DNA of 64,000 bases, from NCBI GenBank assembly GCA_002104905.1, contig MCFE01000339.1:28073-92072 (forward strand). The letters run 5' to 3'. A program made the translations under genes and the position numbers. The stretch is from Basidiobolus meristosporus CBS 931.73 (taxonomy: Eukaryota; Fungi; Basidiobolomycota). Shown here piece after piece: positions 36,443 through 46,300 of this stretch (positions are counted from its first letter, which is position 1; each line of letters begins with the position of its first letter). A model generated the notes under the pieces. It searched no databases, was not told the DNA's origin, and worked only from the letters and a program-made list of their open reading frames with translations.

Positions 36443-39363
36443 TGGAAACATCATATATGGTATTGAGCTACATAGATTTGACAGGGAAGCTTCAATAGAT
36501 GTTTCATTGTGTAATGTTGAATCAAAGCTTTCCATAAGTTGCTACTGTTGTAAGAGTCCTGGAGATATTGGCAGTGATTAGGAGGACAAGTAGATTGTGT
36601 GGTTTTCACTTAATGATTATTGCATCTAAAAGTAGTATTTACACTTTTACATGATCTTGGCATTACAAACACATGGAATAGGCTATGGAAGGTCTCAAGA
36701 ACATGTGTGCAAAGTTCAGGGCTGTTTGGACAACTTTGAGAATTTTCATGTTTGGGGTATCTGGTATTTTGGTGAAAATATTCTAAGTAAATCCCAACAA
36801 GGAATTTGGTCAGTATTGTCTAGGATTTGAAGGTATTGATCTGACTAAGTTTAGGCAAATATTTAGGTGGAGATACAAATCTTACAACACTCCCACTCAG
36901 CTAAATGTTGATACTGACTAGTCCTAATTTTGACCTAAGATATTCAAACTTGCCCCTAGCTAATGATTTGGTAAATATATCTGCAATCAATTCATCTGAA
37001 GGACAGTAAACTAAGCTAACTAAGCTATTCTCTAGTAAACACTCTAACTAAGTTATTCTTTATAGCTTTACGTATGAAATGATGTCTAACATCTATGTGC
37101 TTGGTTCTAGCATCAAAAGTTGGATATCTACCTAATTGTATAAATCTTTGATTATCTTGAACTAAATTAATAGGCGTTTTTTGACATAGGCCTAAGTCTG
37201 TAAAAAGCTTTCTTAGCCACATTGCTTCTTTTGTAGCTTTGCAGGTTGTCATATACTCTGCCTCTGTGGTAGAAAGTGCTACAGTTGGTTGCTTTCTTGA
37301 ATTCCATGAAGTTGCCCCTTGACAGTAAAGAAAGGTGTATCCTGTGGTAGATCTTCTGTCTTCCAAGTTTTGTCCCAAATCAGCATCAGAGTATCCCACA
37401 ATATCTTGTTCTGAATCCTTATAATTGTATCTTAAGCAGATATCAGCAGTTCCTTTTAGATATCCAAGATCTGCTTAACTTCCGCAATACAAACAGATCC
37501 ATAGTTCTGATTATGTTGGCTGACAACTCCTGCTGAATATGAGATATCTGGACATGTTCCAATCATAATATACATCAGACTGCCAACCATAGATTGATAA
37601 GGAAAGTCAGGGCTCTCAGATGGCACTAAGCTCTCTTGATTTGGCTGAGTTTTGACCAAGTTGAGGCTTGTCTCCATTGGGGTAGCTGCCAGTTTACAGT
37701 CTTCCATTTGGTACTTCTTTAGTATATCCTGAATATACTTGGATTGGCTTAGGATAATAGTCTGGGTACTTCTGTCTATGGAAAACTTAATCCCTAAGTA
37801 GTAACTGGGTTCTCCCAGATCAGACATCTTGAAATCTTTAGACAGACTGGATTTAGTCTCTTCCAATGTTACTAGGTTATTGGTGGCTATAAAAAGATCA
37901 TCCACATATAGCTAATAGAACTGGATTTGCTCTATCTGACTTATAGTATATACTATAGTCAGCACTTCTCCTTTTGAGGCTCAAAGATTCCAAATAAAAA
38001 TCTATCTTGCAATTCCAGGCTCTTAGTGATGGTTTGAGACCATTTAGTGACTTTTTAGGCTTGCAGACCAATTCGGGGTTATCTTGGTCAACAAATCCAT
38101 CAGGCTGGCTCATATACAGGTCCTCCTCAAGTCCTGCATTCAAAAATGCAGTTTTTAAATCCATTTGATGAATAAAAAACTTATTTTTGGCAGCAATAGC
38201 CAGTATTAATCTAATGGAATTAAACTTGGCTACCGGTGCAAAGGTCTCAGTATAGTCAAGTCCTGTTGTTTGAGAGTATCCTTTAGCTACAAGTCTTGCT
38301 TTGTATCTTTCAACTGTACCATCAGCCTTGTATTTTGTCTTGAAGACCCATCTTCATCCCACTGATTTATGGTTGATTGGTAATTTGACTAAGTCCCAAG
38401 TTTGATTTTCCATCAGGGCCTGATATTCTTCAGTAATTGCAGATCTCCAAACCTTCTTCTCAGAGCTATTTAGGGCCACTTTTACAGTCTGGGGCTCATC
38501 AATATGGACTGAATAGGCATAGGCTAAGTTTGTACCCTCATTGATATAGTAATTTGAGCAGTTTCTTGTCCCATTGGGTCTCCTGGCATTTGATAATGGA
38601 ATAATCATTTCTGCAATAATCCTGGGCCCTGATCCTTGCTGAACTATGATTGTAGAGTTCTCTGGAGTGAAAAAAGCTACATTGTTTTGCTCTAATTTGA
38701 TCCTGATAATTGGTGGACTTGAGATGAGATTTTCATCATCATCTGATGTCATTTTCTGTAAATATTTTGATTTTTCATCAAAAAACACTTTCCTGGACCT
38801 GATTAGCTTCTTTGCTTTGTATTGTAGAGTCTGTATGCTATGCTCTCATTGCAGTAGGCCAAAAATATGCATTTTATACTTTTTGGCTCTAATATTGACT
38901 GATTTCCAGGCAGTTTCTTGGAATATGCTGTACACCCAAATATTCTGGGATGCTCTGCACTTAGTCTGTATCCATACCATGCCTCAAATGGAGTAGAACC
39001 TGTTGTAATTTAAGAAGTGATTTGGATATAAGGAACTTATCAAGAAATAGTGATAATTGTTGAACTGTTGTTTATTCATAAAGAAGCTCAGTATTTATAC
39101 CTTTGTAGAAGTAATACAGCTGCAACACTAAGTAGGGAGGGTTTCTCAATATTTAGGAGCATTCTGTAACAGTTTCAGGGTTAGTACATAATGTTTGGTA
39201 ATAGTGCTAATTTGATCCTGACTATAGGGGAATAATCATAAGATCATATATCTGGAGAAAGTGGCGAAGTTAAGGCAGTAAATGAGTCCTACAGTGACTA
39301 AGACTATCCTAGAATTGTTAAGTAAATTTTTAGCTGCTGAATGATACCAAATAGTCCAATATT

Positions 39364-42300
39364 TCAACACTCCCCCTCAACTAAATAATTTCTTAATCCC
39401 AATTTCTCTCTAAGGATCTCAAACTGTGGCCTAGCTAGTGGTTTTGTCAATATGTCTGCCACCATTTTGTCAGTTGGGCAGTAAACCAGCTCCACTAAGT
39501 TATTTTCTACAGCTTCCCTCACAAAGTGATGCTGTATATCAATGTGCTTAGTTCTGGCATGATTAGTAGGATTTCTAGCTAATGAAATACAACTTTGATT
39601 ATCCTTGTAAATACATGTTGGTTCACCTGAATTAAAACCTAAGTCTTTGAATAATTTTCGTAGCCATATAGCCTCCTTAGTTGCTTGACATGCAGCCATA
39701 TATTCGGCTTCAGTTGTAGATAGTGCCACAGTTGGTTGTTTCTTGCAATTCCAAGTAATAGCTGCACCAGCATAAAGAAATACATAGCCTGTGGTAGAGC
39801 GTCTGTCAATCAAATCCCTACCCCAATCTGAATCACTATAACCATCAAATTTTTGCCTATTTGCTGCTCCAGAGTATTCCAGTACCATATTTATGGTACC
39901 TTGTAGATATCTGAAAATCCGCTTAACTGCTGCAATTTGATCTGATCCATAATTCTGCATGAATTGACTGACTATTCCAACTGCTACTGCAATATCTGGA
40001 CGTGTAGACACCATCAAGTACATTAGGCTACCAACCATTGATTGATAGGGAAAGTTTTGGTCCATATTTGAGCCGTTTTCATCCATAACTGGCTGAGATT
40101 TGCTTAATTTCAGGTTATTGTCCATAGGGGTTGCTGCTGGTTTGCAATTTTCCATTTTGAAGCGTCTAAGAATGTCCCTGATGTACTTAGACTGATTCAG
40201 CACAATTTTCTGCGTAGGTATGTCAAATTTGACCTCAATTCCAAGAAAATAGCTCAATTTTCCAAGATCTTTCATCTCAAACTTGCTGAAGAGATCTGAT
40301 TTCGTCTGTTTAAGTGCCTCTTGATCACTTGTAGCTATAATTAGGTCGTCCACATAAAGAACTAGGATGATCACACCCTTTTTGAGCTGTTTCACATATA
40401 TACTGTGATCTGCAGTGCTACGAGAGAACCCAATTTCCTCTAGATATGTGTCAATCTTGTTATACCATGCTCTGGGTGCCTGCTTAAGCCCATACAACGA
40501 TTTTCTATGTTTGCACACCTTATGGGGGCTTTTTGGATCGGTAAAACCTTCTGGTTGCTCCATATATATAGTTTCTTGCAAATCCCCATTTAGAAAGGCT
40601 GTTTTGACGTCCATTTGGTGTAGATCTAGACTGTGTACAGCTGCCAGGGCTAGAACTGTCCTAATAGAGTTAAACTTGGCAACCGGAGCAAATGTTTCCT
40701 TAAAGTCTAGTCCCTGGATCTGGGAATAGCCTTTAGCTACCAATCTAGCCTTGTACTTATCAACGGCACCATTTGAGGTTATCTTGATCTTAAAGACCCA
40801 TCTACATCCTATTGGCTTTCTCCCATTTGGTAAATCTACCAGTTCCCACGTTTTTGCCTTGATCAGTGATTGGTACTCCTCCTGCATGGCTTGTTGCCAC
40901 TTAGTAGCATCTGGACCTTGCATTGCCTGTTCCAGATTCTGAGGTTTGGCACATAAGGCAAGATAAGCTTCTTCATGATCATTGGATGTCTGCCACCAGG
41001 ATCCAGGGGCATTTCTTATTCTGGTAGATCTCCTAACTGGGATAATCTGTTCTGATCTGGAACTGGTAGAAGTATCTTCCATCTCTGGCTGGATTTGGTA
41101 CGTATCTTCTTCATTTGTGTTGATTGCATCATTAGGCAGCTGGCCAATGATTTCTGTGGCTTTCTGATCAGAATTTTCCTCAAATACAACGTCCCTGCTC
41201 TTGATCAGCTTCTGAATTTTGCCATCATACACTCTATACCCTTCAGTATCTTCACAATACCCAAGAAAGATCCCTTTTCTACTCTTTGGTTCCAACTTTG
41301 AGCGTTTTTTGTCAGGGATGTGATAAAAAACATCACTGCCAAAGATCCTGAGGTGCTGGAGATCTGGTTTTTTGCCTGTATATGCTTCAAAGGGTGTAGA
41401 ATCACGTAGTGCTGTTGTTGGGCATCTGTTCTTGATGTGTACAGCGGTAGCAACAGATTCAGCCCAAAACTTGTAGTCCATTCCCTTATCATGTAGCATA
41501 GATCTTCCCATCTCTACTATTGTTCTGTTTGCACGTTCTGCTACTCCATTTTGCTGTGGAGTATGAGGAACTGTGGTCTGTTGAAGTATACCAGTAGACA
41601 AGCAGTATTTTGCAAACTCCTTTGAGCAGTATTCTCCTCCATTGTCACTTCGTAGTACCTTCAATTTACACCCAGTTTGTGTTTCTGCCATGTTCTTGAA
41701 GTGCTTAAACGTCTCTAAAGCTTCATCCTTTGTTTTGAGGAAGTACACCCATGTATATCTTGTCTTGTCATCAATAAACGTCATAAAGTATCTCTTGGCT
41801 CCAAAGGACAGTGTTCTCATGGGGCCACATATGTCTGAGTGTACAATAGCCAATATTTCGGTGGTATTGATGCCTTCTGAGCTCTTGAAACGTTGCCTAG
41901 CTTGTTTGCCATATGAACATCCCTTACAAACATTCAATTTGATCGGAATTGAGTATTTTAGGCCCAAAACAAGCTGATTTTTCACCAATTGGCTCATTTT
42001 CTGTTCCCCTATGTGTCCTAGCCTCCTATGCCACGTCTCCCAGTTGGTTTCATCAGTTTCAGCAATGTTGACATACTCAGGTACAATGATCTTGCATTGT
42101 AACTTGTATATATTGTGATCTCTGATTCCCGAAGCTAATTTTTGTCCATTTTCACTCAATATTGAGCAGCTCAGCTTAGTAAAAACAAATTTCAGTCCCT
42201 GAGTAGTTGCTTTACTGACTGAGAGTAGGTTCTTAGCTATTCCAGGTACATAGAGTACGTCAGTCAGTTTTGCTGTTGTTGCCCCTGAGTTATCACTCAT

Positions 42301-43281
42301 ATTTAGTTGTATAGACCCACTGGCGGTAGCTTCCAATGCAGAGTTATCTCCCAGATAAACCTTTCTTACGGGAATAGTCTTTAAGTTGCTGAACCAATCC
42401 TTTATACCACAAATATGCTGTGATGCTCCAGAGTCAATATACCATTCATTACTTCGGTTACTTGCACTCTCTTGTACAGTGACAAATAGCTGTTCATCAG
42501 TAGTTATATGGTTTGCCTGCTCTAGTTTCTGTTTTTCGTCTGCTTGTTTCTTCTTGCATTCTCTTGCCCAGTGTCCTGGCTTCTTACAGTAGTTACAGCA
42601 GCCAGGTTTTCTTCGGTTTTGTTGCTTTCCCTTCTTTTCTGTATGCCTTTCTGAGCTGAATAAAGCATTATCTTCAATTTTCTCTGCTTGATCATTACGT
42701 CTGAGTTCTTCATGGAGAAGTCTTCCTTTGACATAGTCTAAAGTCAAGTTGTCTTCTCTGCTTTCAAAAGAAAGTATGAGTGGCTCATACTCGTCTGGTA
42801 GGCTGCAAAGCAGACAGAGTATCTTTTCTTCATCATCTACACCAGCATTAATACTGTAAAGTTCTTCTGCAAGTGTCTCCATTCTGGTAATGAGTTGTAG
42901 CATGTCATCATCTGGCTTTTTTCTCATGTTGAAGAACTTTCGTTTCAAATAAAGCTTGCTTGATACTGACTTTGCTCTAAAGATCTTCTCTAAGGATTCC
43001 CATGCTGCTTTGGCAGTATTTGAGGCATGGATTTGTCCAATGAAGGAGTCTTGCACATTGATGCATATTGCATTGAAGGCCTTTCTCTCCTTCTCTTGAA
43101 ACTTCTCCACATCTTCTGCTGTTCCTTTGGGCTCAACTTCCTTTCCTGTAACTATGTTCCAAAGCTTTCTTTCCTCAAGGTGGATCTGCATCTTGATTCT
43201 CCAAAGTCTGTAGTTCTTCCCATCAAACCTCTCCTTTACAGGGAAGATGTTGGTATTGCTTTGTTTGCTGGTAGAAGTCAT
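39364..43281 (-). CDS. gag-pol: Copia gag-pol polyprotein, 1305 aa (gag, Zn knuckle, protease, integrase, RT, RNase H)
   Basis: CNYCKKPGHWAREC, YIDSGAS, WHRRLGH..CKGC, integrase D-D-E (HSDICG/RSDNGGE/VAERAN), MDVKTAF plus YVDD, and RNase H D-E-D-D are all intact. The stop codon lies in the first 6 nt of the 3' LTR (TGT TGA). Confidence 0.97.
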   Translation of the reverse strand: MTSTSKQSNTNIFPVKERFDGKNYRLWRIKMQIHLEERKLWNIVTGKEVEPKGTAEDVEKFQEKERKAFNAICINVQDSFIGQIHASNTAKAAWESLEKIFRAKSVSSKLYLKRKFFNMRKKPDDDMLQLITRMETLAEELYSINAGVDDEEKILCLLCSLPDEYEPLILSFESREDNLTLDYVKGRLLHEELRRNDQAEKIEDNALFSSERHTEKKGKQQNRRKPGCCNYCKKPGHWARECKKKQADEKQKLEQANHITTDEQLFVTVQESASNRSNEWYIDSGASQHICGIKDWFSNLKTIPVRKVYLGDNSALEATASGSIQLNMSDNSGATTAKLTDVLYVPGIAKNLLSVSKATTQGLKFVFTKLSCSILSENGQKLASGIRDHNIYKLQCKIIVPEYVNIAETDETNWETWHRRLGHIGEQKMSQLVKNQLVLGLKYSIPIKLNVCKGCSYGKQARQRFKSSEGINTTEILAIVHSDICGPMRTLSFGAKRYFMTFIDDKTRYTWVYFLKTKDEALETFKHFKNMAETQTGCKLKVLRSDNGGEYCSKEFAKYCLSTGILQQTTVPHTPQQNGVAERANRTIVEMGRSMLHDKGMDYKFWAESVATAVHIKNRCPTTALRDSTPFEAYTGKKPDLQHLRIFGSDVFYHIPDKKRSKLEPKSRKGIFLGYCEDTEGYRVYDGKIQKLIKSRDVVFEENSDQKATEIIGQLPNDAINTNEEDTYQIQPEMEDTSTSSRSEQIIPVRRSTRIRNAPGSWWQTSNDHEEAYLALCAKPQNLEQAMQGPDATKWQQAMQEEYQSLIKAKTWELVDLPNGRKPIGCRWVFKIKITSNGAVDKYKARLVAKGYSQIQGLDFKETFAPVAKFNSIRTVLALAAVHSLDLHQMDVKTAFLNGDLQETIYMEQPEGFTDPKSPHKVCKHRKSLYGLKQAPRAWYNKIDTYLEEIGFSRSTADHSIYVKQLKKGVIILVLYVDDLIIATSDQEALKQTKSDLFSKFEMKDLGKLSYFLGIEVKFDIPTQKIVLNQSKYIRDILRRFKMENCKPAATPMDNNLKLSKSQPVMDENGSNMDQNFPYQSMVGSLMYLMVSTRPDIAVAVGIVSQFMQNYGSDQIAAVKRIFRYLQGTINMVLEYSGAANRQKFDGYSDSDWGRDLIDRRSTTGYVFLYAGAAITWNCKKQPTVALSTTEAEYMAACQATKEAIWLRKLFKDLGFNSGEPTCIYKDNQSCISLARNPTNHARTKHIDIQHHFVREAVENNLVELVYCPTDKMVADILTKPLARPQFEILREKLGLRNYLVEGEC

Positions 43282-43305
43282 CTTTAGAATAGATTAAGGC
43301 AATCG

Positions 43306-43317
43306 GGGCTCATAACC
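43306..43317 (-). promoter_or_regulatory. Primer-binding site GGTTATGAGCCC, complementary to the tRNA-iMet anticodon arm
   Basis: Directly abuts the 5' LTR. Same site in all Copia-A and Copia-B copies with a 5' LTR. Reverse complement of GGGCTCATAACC in S. cerevisiae tRNA-iMet (Ty5/copia-type half-tRNA priming). Confidence 0.88.
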
Positions 43318-46300
43318 TGTTGCAATTTAAGAAGTGATTTGGATATAAGGAACTTATCAAGAAATAGTGATAATTGTTGAACTGTTGTTTATTCATAAAG
43401 AAGCTCAGTATTTATACCTTTGTAGAAGTAATACAGCTGCAACACTAAGTAGGGAGGGTTTCTCAATATTTAGGAGCATTCTGTAACAGTTTCAGGGTTA
43501 GTACATAATGTTTGGTAATAGTGCTAATTTGATCCTGACTATAGGGGAATAATCATAAGATCATATATCTGGAGAAAGTGGCGAAGTTAAGGCAGTAAAT
43601 GAGTCCTACAGTGACTAAGACTATCCTAGAATTGTTAAGTAAATTTTTAGCTGCTGAATGATACCAAATAGTCCAATATTTCAACAGAACCACATAGTAT
43701 TTTGTTATATCTCCTATTCTTGAGATATACAGCAGTGGTAACTGATTTGGCCCAAAATATCATAGCACAATTTTTGACCATGGATCATAGATCTTGCCAT
43801 ATCAATTATTGATCTGTTAGCATGTGCTGCTACTCCATTTTGCTGTGGGGAGTATGGACTGTAGTCTCTTGCTTTATTCCATGAATTTGCAGAAGTGGAT
43901 GAAGAGTACTGAGGTATATTCTCTACTCTTGTTGGAGCGTTTTTTCTTCATTTTTTCACCAGTTTCTCTCTAACATGGCTTTAAACTCCCTGAGCTTAGA
44001 CAGAGCTTTTTCCTTTCTCTCCATGAGTTAGACTCATGTGTATTTTGTATAATAATTAATAAAGGTGATTTAATACTTTGTCCCTCTTAAGGATAAATTT
44101 TGCATAGGTCCACACAGCCCACCATTGCTTTAAGCTCCCTGGGCTTGGACAAAGCTTCTTTATTTTGCTCTATGAAGACAATCCATGCATATCTTGTGTA
44201 ATCATCAACAAAAGTGATTACACAATTTATCAGACCTAAGGATATATTTGCATAGGTCCAAACAGATCTGAGTGAATAAGATCTAATATTTTCTTAGTTA
44301 TGATTAACCCACAGCTTGTGAATGGTTGTCTGGCTTCTTTCCCATATATGCAGGCTTCACAGTGCTCCAACTTAGCTGGGGATCAATTTTTACTCCAGAA
44401 ATTAGCTGATCTTTGATCATTTTGCGCAAATAATCAAAATTGATGTGCCCAAATCTCCTGTGCCAAAACATTGGTGTTTCTTCATTTAAGTTACTTATAT
44501 TGACTTCTAAATATGATGGAATATAAGTCAACTTGTAAAGATTCTGATCTCTGATACCCAAAGTAATATTGGCACCATTTGATCAGTGATCTTGCATCCA
44601 GAATTGTCAAAGCTGAAACTGAGTCCTTCTGCAGTGGTCTTGCTTACAGATAGTAGGTTCTTGGCTATTTCTGGTATACAGAGTACTTATCTAAAGGTCA
44701 GTGTATGGCTTCCTTCACTGCTTCTTAGGTTTACTTGGATAGTTCCTTCTCCCACTGCATCAAGTGTTCTATTGTCACCCATGAAAACCTTCTTAAATGG
44801 AATTTCTTGATATTGGATAAAAAGCCCTTTTTGGTGTGTAAGGTGCTAAGATGCTCCAGAGTCCTTATACCATGTCAGAGAATCCTTGTTTGTGGTCATA
44901 TTTAGTGCAGATATGAGTAGTCTATCTTCAGTTGTTGCAGCATTTCCATATGTAGGCTTCTTTTGCTGATTATCTCACCTTTTGATACACTGGTCTGATG
45001 TGTGTCTTTTCCTTCACAGTAGTTGCAACACAGGTAGCTGTTGCCTTTGTAGGGTCTTGGGTACCTCCTTTGTTGGTTATCATTGCTTATAAAAGCATTT
45101 TCTTCTTCCTTTTTATTGGTGCTTAATTTTCTTAATTCCTCATCCAGAGGCCTTCTATATACGTAATTTAAGGTCAATTCTTCAGTTCTGAGCTCTAGGG
45201 CTGATACAAGGCCCTAAAACTTGTCTGTCAGACTATTCAGGATGGTAACTATCAAATCCTCATCAGTAGTTGGTATGCCCACAGATTCCGTTCATCTACC
45301 AGCAGTGTAAATCTGTTAACTAGACTTTCATTTCTTCTCCTGGGAGCATCTTTGGAGTAAAGAATTTTCATCTTAGGTACATTTTCTTAGCAGCTGAACA
45401 TGACTGGTAGGTGTCTTCTAATGCCCTCCAGGCATTCTTTGCCGTTTTTGCTCTTGAGCATTGAATTAGCAATTTGGCCTTAACATTAAGGAAAATGCGT
45501 TTAAAGTCATTTTGTTCTTTCTTCTGGTACTTTAAGGCTTCCTCTCCCATGCTTTTAGGAGGGCATTCTTCTCCCATGACAATATCCCAAAGGCCTCTTT
45601 CTTGTAGCAGTATCTTCATCTTCTCCTTCCACACTGAGTTGATATATACATCCTGCTTTTCAGTAGAGGGAGATGTTCCAGTAATAGCAGTAGTAGACAC
45701 AGCAGAGAGTGCCTTCTTGGGGCTCATAACCTGTTGCAAGAGTCTTGGAGATATTGGAAGTGATTGGGAGGACAAGCAGATTATGTGGTTTTCACTTAAT
45801 GATTTATTGCATCTAAAAGTAGTATTCACACTTTTACATGATCTTGGCATTAAAAACATGAGAAATAGGCTATGGAAGGTCCCAAGAACATGTGTGCAAA
45901 GTTTAGGGCTGTTTGGACAACTTTGAGAATTTTCATGTTCTGGGTACCTGGTATTTTAGTGAAAGTATTCCAAGTAAATCCCAACAAGGAATTTGGTCAG
46001 TATTGACTATGATTTGAAGGTAATGATCTAAGTGACTAAGCTAGGTGAATATTTAGGTGGAAATACAAACTTTTACTACAGGTACAATGTAGTAGAACTT
46101 TCTAGAAGGAACCAGGATTTCCAATACAACTTGATTTGGCAAATTATAAAATGTCAAGGATGTTATGTGACTTTATCCTCCTCTTCTGAGTAGCTTTCCC
46201 CAAGCTTTTGGCTTTGGCTTGTTGGGGTATGTCAGGTGATATATGGCAACTTGATCTTGACAGTGGGTTAGGTTAGTTGCTGGTTCCCAAGTTTGGTAAT

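Larger units (their letters stand above)
39001..43686 (-). mobile_element. Intact, very recent Ty1/Copia element, family B (4686 bp)
   Basis: 369-bp LTRs at 39001-39369 and 43318-43686 differ at one position. Perfect TSD GAACC, PBS and PPT intact, single open ORF. Confidence 0.98.
36546..46080 (-). mobile_element. Ty1/Copia element, family A; full length, decayed, host of the intact Copia-B
   Basis: LTRs at 36546-36889 and 45732-46080, TSD GCTAC/GGTAC, PBS at 45720-45731. Pol remnants at 36900-38996 and 43692-45720. Inserted into a chromovirus LTR. Confidence 0.92.

Noticed and set aside
40415-43287. Plus-strand ORFs overlapping Copia-B gag-pol (also similar shadows over Gypsy-A)
   Set aside because: These are short antisense shadows of a long coding frame with no independent signals.
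43306-43317. GGGCTCATAACC read as a tRNA-Met gene
   Set aside because: Only 12 nt match and there is no cloverleaf; it is the primer-binding site.
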